Part shown: one piece after another, positions 1 to 9,480 of the stretch
How the letters are laid out: every line of letters starts with the position of its first letter
How positions within the stretch are numbered: the first letter of the stretch is position 1
NCBI GenBank assembly: GCA_965224025.1
Contig: OZ245033.1
Location: forward strand, 1,312,001 to 1,376,000
Source of the DNA: Candidatus Multivorans sp.
GTDB lineage: Bacteria; Acidobacteriota; Thermoanaerobaculia; Multivoradales; Multivoraceae
Direction of reading: 5' to 3'
Length of the DNA: 64,000 nt
Made by a program: the position numbers and the translations under genes
The notes under the pieces: model-generated
Database searches by the model: none
The model's input: the letters and a program-made list of their open reading frames with translations, nothing else
Told to the model about the DNA's origin: nothing

Positions 1-48
1 TCGAGCTACTTCGAGGACGAAATGCGAAAACCGAAGCGCTTGCTGATC

Positions 49-1191
49 CTAGTGTAGTGTCTCCGACATGGGTTGACAGTTTCGGTTAAGTTCGTCAGTA
101 TTCCGTTCATGTGGGAACCAGCGGAACGACTTGACATCGAAGAGAGCGATCGAGCGCTTCTCAAGAAATGGGTAGAGGCGCCGACGACGCCACAACGCAC
201 GGTCCGGCGTAGCCGGATCGTGCTCGCTGCGGCGGAGGGCACGGCCAATCGGGCGATCGCGGCGAAACTCGGAGTTTCGCGGCCCACGGTGCTGCTGTGG
301 CGTCGTCGGTTCGCGGAGGACGGGCCTTCGGGGCTGACCAGGGATCGTCCCCGCGGTTGCGGAAAGCCGCCGCTCTCGGAGTCGGTCGTGCGTAAAGTGA
401 TCGAAGCGACGCTGCACGAGAAGCCGCCCGGTCAGACCCACTGGAGCGTGCGTTCGATGGCTCGGGCCCAGGGCATCAGTCCGGCGGCGGTCCAGCGCAT
501 CTGGGCGGCGCACGGGCTGAAGCCCCATCTGGTCAGGACGTTCAAGCTGAGTAACGACCCCAGGTTCGTGGAAAAGCTGCGGGACGTTGTGGGCCTGTAC
601 CGGAATCCGCCCGAGAATGCGCTTGTGCCGTGCGTGGACGAGAAGAGCCAGATCCAGGCTCTGGACCGGACCCAGCCAGGTTTGCCGCTCAAGCGCGGCC
701 GCGCGGGAACGATGACCCACGACTACAAGCGCAACGGGACGACGACGTTGTTCGCTGCGCTGAACGTGTTGGAGGGCACGGTGATCGCGGAGTGCATGGG
801 CCGGCAGCGCCACCAGGAGTTTCTCCGTTTCCTCAAGCGTCTCGACCGTGAGATCCCAAAGCACCTCGACCTGCACCTGATCCTGGACAACTACCAGACC
901 CACAAACACGCCGCCGTGCGCGCATGGCTGGAGCGAAAGCCTCGCTTCCACTTCCATTTCATTCCCACTTCGTCGCCCTGGCTTAACCTGGTCGAACGCT
1001 GGCTGGGCGGTCTGACCACGAAGGCGATCCGGCGCGGTGCATTCCAGAGCGTCAACGACCTCGTAAAGACCATCTACGACTATGTGGACCACAGCAACGA
1101 AAACTCCCGGCCGTTCGTCTGGACGGCCACCGCCGACAGCATCGTCGCAAAGGTTACACGTGGTAAAGCCATGTTGGAGACACTACACTAG
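49..1191 (+). mobile_element. IS630-family insertion sequence
   Basis: 23-bp terminal inverted repeats CTAGTGTAGTGTCTCCGACATGG (49-71) and CCATGTTGGAGACACTACACTAG (1169-1191), 1 mismatch. CTAG/TA at both ends. Encloses a single transposase. Confidence 0.95.
109..1191 (+). CDS. IS630-family transposase
   Basis: N-terminal HTHs, then DEKSQIQAL, THDYKRNGT, LILDNYQTH and WLNLVERW DDE motifs. ATG at 109 (ORF track opens at 73). Confidence 0.93.
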   Translation: MWEPAERLDIEESDRALLKKWVEAPTTPQRTVRRSRIVLAAAEGTANRAIAAKLGVSRPTVLLWRRRFAEDGPSGLTRDRPRGCGKPPLSESVVRKVIEATLHEKPPGQTHWSVRSMARAQGISPAAVQRIWAAHGLKPHLVRTFKLSNDPRFVEKLRDVVGLYRNPPENALVPCVDEKSQIQALDRTQPGLPLKRGRAGTMTHDYKRNGTTTLFAALNVLEGTVIAECMGRQRHQEFLRFLKRLDREIPKHLDLHLILDNYQTHKHAAVRAWLERKPRFHFHFIPTSSPWLNLVERWLGGLTTKAIRRGAFQSVNDLVKTIYDYVDHSNENSRPFVWTATADSIVAKVTRGKAMLETLH

Positions 1192-1214
1192 CAGGCGCAA
1201 TACGCCCGGATGCC

Positions 1215-3644
1215 GTGGTTCTGCTCCTGACACGGACCTCCAGCGATGGAACAGCAGGGGGTCTGCTGCCGAGCGTTCGCGGGATGACGATCGTTGTCGA
1301 CCACCCCCGCTACGAGCGGTTCGTCGGTACCTACGACGACGGGCGTCCACCGGCGACGATCCGGCTAGGACCTGGCCGGTTTTTGGAGGGGAAGGTCGTC
1401 TCGGCCGACGGCAACGAGGCTGCCGGAGCTACTGTCTGCGTGCGCTGGGAAGACGAAAGAACTCCACCCCCCGTAGACGTTGTACGCCGATGCACTGATG
1501 CGGACGAGGACGGCCGGTTCGTGGTATCCGGTCTGTCGGCGTTCACTGAAGCCGAGGTCGTGGCAGAGGTTGAAGGTCATGGCCGCGCCACGAGAAACAC
1601 TGGCGGCATCCCCTGGCCAGAACAGCCGATCCTTCTCGGGCTGGCCGCCGAGGCGACCAGCGATGAGGCGGCGATCCTAGCTGCCAGGTCGGGCAGCGTC
1701 CGGGTGCAGGTGCTTTCCGCTGCCGGGGCTCCCGTTGATCGTTTCGAGATGCGGGTCTTGGTCAAACGGCCCCGTTCCCACTCCCTTTTTCACAGGGAGG
1801 CCGAGCAGGGTACGTCTCCCGTGGTCGTCCCGATTCCCGGCGAAATTGGGCAAAGTGATCTTCTGCAGATCCACTTTCAGGCGGGGAATCATCTCCTGTC
1901 AGACGCCTACCGCCTGTACCCGAATCCGGGCCGCGTCATGGACCTCGGCGTGGTCTATCTGGAGCCGGGTGCTGTCGTCACTGGACGCCTGTTCGACGCT
2001 AGCGGTTCCCAACCCGTCGCTGGCTGCGTACTCGAGCTTGTACCGGCCGGAAGTGCGCGGATCCTGCACCGCCTGCGAGGCAGACAGCACGTTACGGTCT
2101 CAGACGGCGAGGGCGGCTTCCTGCTCGGCGGGCTGACCGAGGGAAGGTACTACCTTCGCACAGAGTGCAGGACGGGACCGACCACCGCCAGACTCATCGC
2201 CCTCGACGACTCAGAACGTGCCGATCTCGGGGAGATCTGGATGCCCGGGGCGCGCACAGTTCTGGTTAGAGCGCACGGGGCTGACAGCGGCACCGTTCAC
2301 GTTATGGACCGCTTCCGTGAGCTTGAAACTCCTCTGACGATGGCCTTTCTCCAACCGACAGGTAGGGAGAACCGCGGCGCTCCTTCGTTCGCGGAGGTCT
2401 ACCTAGCGCCCGGTCGCTACCGGATCGACCTTCGGAATTTCGCTGGCGAGCTCGTGGTGTCGAAGGAGATTCAGGTCGATGCCTACGGTTCTGCCGACCG
2501 CGTCGAGGTGGACGTGGAGTATCGACAGCGCACTATCAGGAGCGTCTTGACGGTGGATGGCGCCCCGGTGAGTGGGGGATTCGTCCGTTTCGAGCGGATT
2601 CTGGGGTCAAGGGCGGCCGCGGGAGTCATGCAGATCAATGCCCAGCGAGGCGGCGCGATCACACACACGACGATGTTACGGCCAGGCAGCGCTTCCGTAC
2701 ACCAAGCGGAGGTGGCAGCGAACGGTTCTTTCGCGGTGGAGGGAGCGCCCGACGAGTTCTCGTGGATGACGTGGTTCGCTCCGGGCGGACAAAGCCGTGT
2801 CGGTCGGATCTGGCCTGATCAGCCTCTCTCTCAATTCGAGTTGGGCGGGGTCTCCGTGGTCACCGGAGAACTGCGGCCAGCGGCGGGCCGCACCCTCACG
2901 CAAGCTAGTGTCGTCCTGATCGGCGATCTTGGTCTTGAAGTCGCCGGCACCTCCACAGAAGAGAACGGGTACTTCGCCCTGCCTCCGGTACCGCCGGGTC
3001 GCTATCGTCTGCGGGCCAACACCGGAGCAGGCCTTGCCACCGCAGAACTCATGCTGAACGCGGACGAACGGCCTCCGTTCCAGATCCTGCAGGCCGACGA
3101 GGACGGCGTCGGTGCGGTTGAGGTTCGGCTGGCTACTCCAGGCACTCCCTTGGTCGGCGCATGGATGCATGTCCTAGGCTCGGACGACACCCTCGCCGCC
3201 ACCCGCCTCGTCGTCGAAGACGGCGTTTTCCGAGCCGAGAATGTGCCAGCGGGCGAGGTTACGGTCCTGTGGAATCATGGCGGCGCCTGTGTCGGCGCCG
3301 ACAAGGTAGAACTGGAAGCTGGCCGGGCCGCACGATTGGATCGCACCCTGCACATGGGACGGCTACTGGAACTCCGGTGCTCCGACCGGAGTTGTTCGGG
3401 CGAAACTCTAGCCTTGGTCCGGCTGACCACGGAAGCAGGCGTCAAAGTCGCCCATCACCTGACAGGAGCATTGCCTGGCACGACGTTCTCGGATGACGGT
3501 CGCGTGGGCCTGGGCTGTTTGACTCCGGGTGCCTACACCGTCTCGCTCTGGGCGGACGAACGGCGCTGGGATGCGGAGTTCGAGATCGATCCGGGCCCCG
3601 AAGAGACTCCGGTGATTGTCACGATCCGGCCGTCGGCCGGTTAG
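1215..3644 (+). pseudogene. carboxypeptidase-regulatory-like repeat protein, 3' part of a gene split by IS630
   Basis: Repeated G-V-D..G / TD.DGRF.L.GL..G.Y beta-sandwich units. Removing the IS joins bases 1-51 in frame to this ORF (...KRLLIL|AGAIRPDAVVLL...). Confidence 0.7.
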
Positions 3645-3771
3645 CTGTGAGCGCATCCCTTCTATTCTCTGACCAATCGCGAACGGCACCTGCGGCCCTT
3701 CCCCTCGGAGCCTAAAACTAAGCGGACGGGGGAAGCCGACGCCAAGACGCCAGCTCGGTGACCCCGACGCG

Positions 3772-4047
3772 CTACGCCGGTTCGCCGATCGTGTCGAAGT
3801 CGAGCCGGCTGGCCGGGTCGGCGTCGGCCGGGAAGAGGAAGTCCTTCATGTGGCGGGAGAGGGTCGCCTGGGCTTCCGGTTCCATGAAGTTCAGGCGCAG
3901 TTCGTTGATCACCTTGATCTCCATCGCCATCCATTCGTCCCAGCAGCCGGCGCAGACGCGGGCGGCAATCTCTTCGCCGAGGGAACCGGGAAGCGGCGGA
4001 TCGCCGAGGGCTTCCCGCTCCTGGCCGCAGCGGGCGCAGACGATCAT
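3772..4047 (-). CDS. yggX: Fe(II)-trafficking/oxidative damage protection protein, YggX family
   Basis: PPLPGSLGEEI...CWDEW...KVINELRLN...MKDFLF pattern. Confidence 0.8.
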   Translation of the reverse strand: MIVCARCGQEREALGDPPLPGSLGEEIAARVCAGCWDEWMAMEIKVINELRLNFMEPEAQATLSRHMKDFLFPADADPASRLDFDTIGEPA

Positions 4048-5204
4048 CGGTCTTCCTCCGACGGGCCCGGTCCGGCGTCCGGGACCGCGTCCTGGGCTTC
4101 CTTGTAGCGCTTCTTGATCCCCGCCTTCTGACGGTTGCGGACCAGCCAGCGCAGCAGCCTCGATTCGTTGATGCCGACCACGAGATCGTCGAGCGCCTCG
4201 TAGATCGCGGGGTCGTTGATCAGCCTGGCCGCCGTACCGTCGCCCTCGGAGACTTGCTCCAGCGTGGAGTTCAGACGCTTCAGGAGTAGCTCCACCTCGG
4301 TGGTCAGCGATTCGCTGAGTTCCTCGTCGTTCAGCAGCCGGGGCAGCAGCCCTTCGGCATTGCGCAGATCCGCGGCGATGGCGCGCAGATCGGCGGCGGC
4401 GACCTCCGTGTCGGCCATGGTCGATTCGAACCGGGTCTTCAGTTCGGCGTCGTGGAGCAGCGCCGGCGCCAGACCGTCGCCTTCCCGCAGCAGGGTCAGG
4501 GTCTCGTCGATGCTGTCCAGGGACGAAGCGAGCTGGTCGCCCATCTCCTCGTCCGTCAGCAGGCGGCCGAGCACTCCCTCGCCGGCCTCTACGCGGCTGG
4601 TCAATCGGTCGATGGACTCCAGGGTGTGGATCACGGTGTCGGTGATCCGTTTGTTTTCCCTCCCGGTGACCAACTCGCCGAGCAGCCCTTCGCCCCGCTC
4701 CATGCGGCCGAGGACCGTCGACAGCGAGTGGGCAGTCAGGACGATGTGATCGACCACGTCGGCGCCACTGGCAATCAGATCGTCGACATCGGTGGGCAGT
4801 GCGGCAGGGATCTCCTCGCCCGGGTTGAGGAGCACCGCGCCGGGGGAGCCCGATGTGATCTCGACGTACTTGTCGCCGAGCAGTCCCAGGGTCTTGATTC
4901 TGGCCAGGGAGTCGCGGCGCAGCCGATTCGCGTACCGGCGTTCGACGCTGATCCGCACTTCCAGCATCTCGCTTTCCGGCCGCTCGCTCAGCAGGATGCG
5001 GTCCACCTTCCCGACGGTGACGCCGTTCAACTGGACCGGGTTGTCCTCCGCCAGGCCCGCGGCGGTGGGGAACATGATGCGGTAGGTGTTGCTGGCACGG
5101 AACAGGAAGCTCTGATCGCCGATGGCGAGGATGAAGCCGGCCAGGACGACGAGCGCGCCCAGCACGGTCAGGCCCACCTTGGTTGTGTTGGAATCACGTT
5201 GCAT
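4044..5204 (-). CDS. mlaD: MlaD/MCE-family periplasmic protein with long helical tail
   Basis: N-terminal TM; GL...V.LNGV.VG.V and LGLLGDKYVEITSG MCE motifs; operonic with ABC ATPase and permease. Confidence 0.88.
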   Translation of the reverse strand: MQRDSNTTKVGLTVLGALVVLAGFILAIGDQSFLFRASNTYRIMFPTAAGLAEDNPVQLNGVTVGKVDRILLSERPESEMLEVRISVERRYANRLRRDSLARIKTLGLLGDKYVEITSGSPGAVLLNPGEEIPAALPTDVDDLIASGADVVDHIVLTAHSLSTVLGRMERGEGLLGELVTGRENKRITDTVIHTLESIDRLTSRVEAGEGVLGRLLTDEEMGDQLASSLDSIDETLTLLREGDGLAPALLHDAELKTRFESTMADTEVAAADLRAIAADLRNAEGLLPRLLNDEELSESLTTEVELLLKRLNSTLEQVSEGDGTAARLINDPAIYEALDDLVVGINESRLLRWLVRNRQKAGIKKRYKEAQDAVPDAGPGPSEEDR

Positions 5205-5994
5205 CGATGTCCTCCTCTACGGACGGTTGCCGACCTTCCAGGAACGCCCTGAGCGCCGGGTCCGCGCTTCGTTCGGCCTGCTCCCAGGCGCCGATGAATC
5301 GGAACCGGCCCCCGTCCAGGAGAGCTACCCGGTCGCCCACGTCGCGGGCCAGCCGCAGGTCGTGGGTGACCACCACCGAGGTGGTGCCGAACTCTCCCTG
5401 GGTACTTCGGATCAGACTGGAAATCGTCGCCGAGGTAACGGGATCGAGGCCCGCCGTCGGCTCGTCGAAGAGGACGACCTCGGGTTCCTGGACCAGGGAG
5501 CGAGCGAGCGCGACCCGCTTCTTCATGCCGCCGGACAGCGCGGCCGGCATGCGGTCTTCGATCCCTGACAAGCCCACCCACGCCAGGGCGCCGGCCACGC
5601 GCTCGCGGATCTCCTCCTCGCTCAACCGGTCGTGCTCGCGGAGAGGGAAGGCGACGTTCTCGAGCACGTCGATCGAGTCGAAGAGGGCCGCCGACTGGAA
5701 CAGCATCGCGATCCGCCGCCGCAGCGGGTACAACTGCCGCTCGGTCAACTGGACGAGATCCGTTCCCTCGAACAGAACCTCGCCGGCCTCGGCTTCGTCG
5801 AGCCCGTTGAGCTGCCGCAGGGCGAGGCTCTTGCCGGAACCGGAGCGGCCGAGAACGACCAGACACTCGCCGCGCATGACCTCGAAGTCCAGGTTGTCGA
5901 GGACGGCGCGGTCGCCGAATCGACGGCAGAGCCCGCGGACGACGTAGAGCGCCCGGTCACGGTTGGGTTGCGTCCGCTGGTCAGGCAAGGACAT
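5194..5994 (-). CDS. mlaF: ABC transporter ATP-binding protein, MlaF-like
   Basis: GRSGSGKS, FQSAALFDS, LSGGMKKRVALARS, DEPTAGLDP. Confidence 0.9.
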   Translation of the reverse strand: MSLPDQRTQPNRDRALYVVRGLCRRFGDRAVLDNLDFEVMRGECLVVLGRSGSGKSLALRQLNGLDEAEAGEVLFEGTDLVQLTERQLYPLRRRIAMLFQSAALFDSIDVLENVAFPLREHDRLSEEEIRERVAGALAWVGLSGIEDRMPAALSGGMKKRVALARSLVQEPEVVLFDEPTAGLDPVTSATISSLIRSTQGEFGTTSVVVTHDLRLARDVGDRVALLDGGRFRFIGAWEQAERSADPALRAFLEGRQPSVEEDIDAT

Positions 5995-6775
5995 GAAACA
6001 GCTTCGTCAGAAAAAAATCAGACACCAGCACCATGATCGATGCCCAGACGACGGTTCTGGTGGTGGCGCGCCCCACGCCCTCGGCGCCGCCGGTTGCCGT
6101 CAGGCCGTTGTAACAACCGATGACGGCGATGAAACAGGCGAAGAACACCGACTTGCCCAGACCGTTCAGGACGTCGCCCAGGGTCAGGGCCTGGAGGACG
6201 TCGTTGACGTAGAGGCCGTAGGACAGGTTCAACTGGTTCGTGGCGATGAACAGGCCGCCGAGGATGCCCAGGAAGTCGCCCAGGATGGTGAGCACGGGGA
6301 GCATGATCAGGCTGGCGGCGAGCTTCGGCACCACCAGTTTCTTGACCGGATCGGCTGCCATGGAGCGCATCGCGTCGACCTGCTCGGTGACCTTCATCGT
6401 GCCCAGTTCCGCAGTCATGCCGGAACCGATCCGCCCGCCGACGATGAGCGCGACGAGTACCGGTCCGAGTTCCCGGGTCAGCGACTTGGAGACGACGCTT
6501 CCGATGTAGTACTTGACCCCCAGCTCGGGCAGGCTGTACGCGGTCTGCAGGGCCAGCACCATGCCGGTGAACAACGTGGTGACCGCGGCCACTCCGAGCG
6601 AGCTGACGCCGAGGTGTTCCATCTGATGAAGCCATGACCGAAACTCGTAAGGTGGCCTGACCAGGGCCGTCAGACCTCGACCGGCCAGCAGCGACACCGC
6701 GCCGACATGGCGCAGCGGCGCCGCAAAATCGAACAGAATCCTGGGTGCATCCTGTTGCATCAGCCCGCGGGGCAA
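5981..6775 (-). CDS. mlaE: ABC transporter permease, MlaE-like
   Basis: RELGPVL, GRIGSGMTAELGTMKVTEQVDA, GGAEGVGRATT. Confidence 0.92.
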   Translation of the reverse strand: MPRGLMQQDAPRILFDFAAPLRHVGAVSLLAGRGLTALVRPPYEFRSWLHQMEHLGVSSLGVAAVTTLFTGMVLALQTAYSLPELGVKYYIGSVVSKSLTRELGPVLVALIVGGRIGSGMTAELGTMKVTEQVDAMRSMAADPVKKLVVPKLAASLIMLPVLTILGDFLGILGGLFIATNQLNLSYGLYVNDVLQALTLGDVLNGLGKSVFFACFIAVIGCYNGLTATGGAEGVGRATTRTVVWASIMVLVSDFFLTKLFHVLA

Positions 6776-6836
6776 GTTCTTCGCGCTCGTCGTGTTCGCG
6801 GCGCGTGCTTGGTGTTAGCTTCCCCTCCTGACAGCG

Positions 6837-7721
6837 TTGAGCAGAACCTTGTCGAATCGGAATCCTACCGCCGCAGGCCCGGAACATGGCCCGAGTTCGT
6901 ACTTGGGCGAGGCATCGCGCCTGGTGGAGGGGAAGGCCCCGGGGCCGTCGTCGTCGCAGCCGCCGGTGTGGGCGGCGGCGGTGGCGACCGTCACCGGCAA
7001 CCTGTACCTGGTCTTCGGCAGCGCCGTGATGGGGGTCGCCGTGGCCGTCGCCTCCTGGCTGCCGGGCCGCGACTGGGCCGGATTGATGGCGCGGTTCTGG
7101 GCTCGGGGGCTGCTCGTGACGGGCGGCGTCCGTCTGCGCCTCAACTACGCCGGCGGCGACTACGCGACCTGGCGCGCGGCAACCCAAGGCCGTCCGCTCG
7201 TGTACATGGCGAACCACAGGAGCCTGTACGACATTGCCGCCCTGCTCGCGATTCTGGACTCGCCGGTTCGCATCCTGACCAAGCGCAGTCTGTTCCGGCT
7301 CCCCTTCTTCGGCTGGGGGCTCAAGGCGGCGGGTTTCGTGCCGGTGGACCGTCATGATCGCAGCCGCGCCGCCGAGACGTTCGTCGTCGCCGGCAAGCTG
7401 TTGGCCTCGAATGTCTCTTTGGTCGTGTTCCCCGAGGAGACGCGGAGTTCCGGGCCCCGGATGAGGCCGTTTCAGCGCGGCGGGTTCCTGCTGGCTCTCA
7501 AGGGGCGGGCCCCGGTCGCTCCGATCGGCATCCGGGGCACCGGGCGCATCCGGCGCAAGGGAGCGCTGGTGGTGCGGCCGGCCACCGTCGAGGTGTCCTT
7601 CGGCGAAGTGCGCGATCCGGCCACCGTGGGAGTGCGGGGACGGCGGACGTTCATGCTGGATGTCGAGCGGCGCGTCGGCCGGTTGGCGGGCCTCGAGACA
7701 GCGGGAGAAGGCGTTGGCTGA
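6837..7721 (+). CDS. plsC: lysophospholipid acyltransferase, PlsC family (start uncertain)
   Basis: NHRSLYD (HX4D), FVPVDR, FPEETRS, PFQRGGF. Confidence 0.8.
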   Translation: MSRTLSNRNPTAAGPEHGPSSYLGEASRLVEGKAPGPSSSQPPVWAAAVATVTGNLYLVFGSAVMGVAVAVASWLPGRDWAGLMARFWARGLLVTGGVRLRLNYAGGDYATWRAATQGRPLVYMANHRSLYDIAALLAILDSPVRILTKRSLFRLPFFGWGLKAAGFVPVDRHDRSRAAETFVVAGKLLASNVSLVVFPEETRSSGPRMRPFQRGGFLLALKGRAPVAPIGIRGTGRIRRKGALVVRPATVEVSFGEVRDPATVGVRGRRTFMLDVERRVGRLAGLETAGEGVG

Positions 7722-8787
7722 AGCGATCGAGAACAGGGTCCGCGAGTGCCTCCGGACGATCACCTTCCCGGGCATGAAGCGCGACATCGTCTCATTCGGT
7801 TTCGTGCAACGGGTCGGTGTGAGCGGTGGCGACGTGGTGGTCGATCTGCGTGTCCCGACCCGCGACGCCGACGCTGCCAGGGAGATCCGGCGCCGCATCG
7901 TCGATGCCGTGGGCTCGCTCGACGGCGTTTCGAACGTGCAGGTCTCGCTGGAAGTGGCGACGGCGCCCGCTCCGGCGACGGCGCGCGACCCGTCCCTCCT
8001 GCCGGGAGTCTCCCACGTCGTGGCGGTGGCGAGCGGTAAGGGCGGCGTCGGCAAGTCGACCGTGGCGACGAACCTGAGCGCGGCGATGGCGGCCGCCGGG
8101 CTGCGGGTCGGATTGCTCGACGCGGACATCTACGGCCCCTCGATCCCGCTGATGTTCGGCATCAACCGCCGGCCCGAGATCGTGGACGGCAAGATCCAGC
8201 CCTTCGAGCGCCACGGCGTGCGCGTCATGTCGCTCGGCTTCCTCCTCGATCCGGATACGCCGGTGATCTGGCGGGGGCCGATGGTGATGAAGGCGCTCGG
8301 GCAACTGCTGGGCGACGTGGTCTGGGGCGAACTCGACTACCTGCTGCTCGACCTGCCTCCCGGCACCGGCGATGCGGCGCTCACCCTGTCGCAGAAGTTG
8401 CCCATGTCCGGCGCCCTGATCGTTTCGACACCCCAGGACGTGGCCCTGATCGACGCGCGCAAGGGGCTCGCCATGTTCCGCAAGGTCGAGGTTCCAGTGC
8501 TGGGCATGGTCGAGAACATGTCCACCTTCGTCTGCCCCCATTGCGGTGAGACGACGGACATCTTCAAGCGGGGAGGCGTCGAGCGCACCGCGGAGCTGCT
8601 CGACTGCGAAGTCCTGGGGGCGATTCCGCTCGACGGCGCGCTGGTGCGGGGCAGCGACGCCGGTGTGCCGGTCGTCGTCTCGGCGCCCGACGGGGCGCAT
8701 GCCGGCATCTTCCAGGACCTCGTCGGGGCGGTTGAGCGCCGGCTCATGGAACTGGCTTCCGCTCGACCGACCTTGACGATCGTCTAG
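7714..8787 (+). CDS. mrp: Mrp/NBP35 (ApbC) Fe-S carrier ATPase
   Basis: SGKGGVGKST, DADIYGPS, WRGPM, DLPPGTGD, CPHC. TTG start at 7714 after an SD-like sequence (ORF opens at 7660). Confidence 0.93.
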   Translation: MAEAIENRVRECLRTITFPGMKRDIVSFGFVQRVGVSGGDVVVDLRVPTRDADAAREIRRRIVDAVGSLDGVSNVQVSLEVATAPAPATARDPSLLPGVSHVVAVASGKGGVGKSTVATNLSAAMAAAGLRVGLLDADIYGPSIPLMFGINRRPEIVDGKIQPFERHGVRVMSLGFLLDPDTPVIWRGPMVMKALGQLLGDVVWGELDYLLLDLPPGTGDAALTLSQKLPMSGALIVSTPQDVALIDARKGLAMFRKVEVPVLGMVENMSTFVCPHCGETTDIFKRGGVERTAELLDCEVLGAIPLDGALVRGSDAGVPVVVSAPDGAHAGIFQDLVGAVERRLMELASARPTLTIV

Positions 8788-8802
8788 CGAGCTGTTGGTC
8801 GA

Positions 8803-9480
8803 ATGCCTGTCGTTGTGGTCGCCGATGCGCACTTGGGCGGCCCCGGGGGGAGCGGCGAGGAGCTGGCTGATCAGCTCCGGGCGCTCGAGCCCGCCCGCTG
8901 TGCCCGGGTGTTGTTCCTCGGCGACCTGTTCCATTTCTGGATCGGGTCGCGTCGTTTCGAGACCCCGGAGGTGCGGCTGCTCGCGCCCGTGATCCGGGAT
9001 CTGAAGCGGCGCGGCATCCGGGTTTCCTACGTGGAGGGGAACCGGGATTTCTTCCTCGCCGGCGGCGAGTACGACGATCTCTTCGACGACTACGGCCTCG
9101 AAGTCCGCTTCGAGGCGGGCGGAGCGAGATACCTCGCCGTTCACGGCGACGGGTTGAATCGGCGCGATTGGCGCTACCGCTGCTGGCGCAGGCTGTCGAA
9201 GAACCCGGTCAGCCGCTGGTTGGCCTTCCGGTTGCCGTCCGGGCTCAGCCGTCGGCTCGTGACTTCGACCGAGCGGGGACTTTCGGGAACCAACCTGGAG
9301 CACAAGAAGCGGATCCCGGAGGGAGCTATCCGGCGCTACGCCGCCCGCCGTCTCGCGGAGGGCCACGACGTGCTCCTGCTCGGACACTTCCACGCCGCGC
9401 GGACGTGGCTTCAGGGCGGCGGCGAAGTGCGGATCGCGAATGCCTGGTTCGACGAAAGGGAGTTGCTGTGGCTGGGTTGA
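8803..9480 (+). CDS. lpxH: UDP-2,3-diacylglucosamine hydrolase, LpxH-like
   Basis: DAH, GDLF, GNRDF, HGD and GHFH metallophosphoesterase motifs. Confidence 0.82.
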   Translation: MPVVVVADAHLGGPGGSGEELADQLRALEPARCARVLFLGDLFHFWIGSRRFETPEVRLLAPVIRDLKRRGIRVSYVEGNRDFFLAGGEYDDLFDDYGLEVRFEAGGARYLAVHGDGLNRRDWRYRCWRRLSKNPVSRWLAFRLPSGLSRRLVTSTERGLSGTNLEHKKRIPEGAIRRYAARRLAEGHDVLLLGHFHAARTWLQGGGEVRIANAWFDERELLWLG

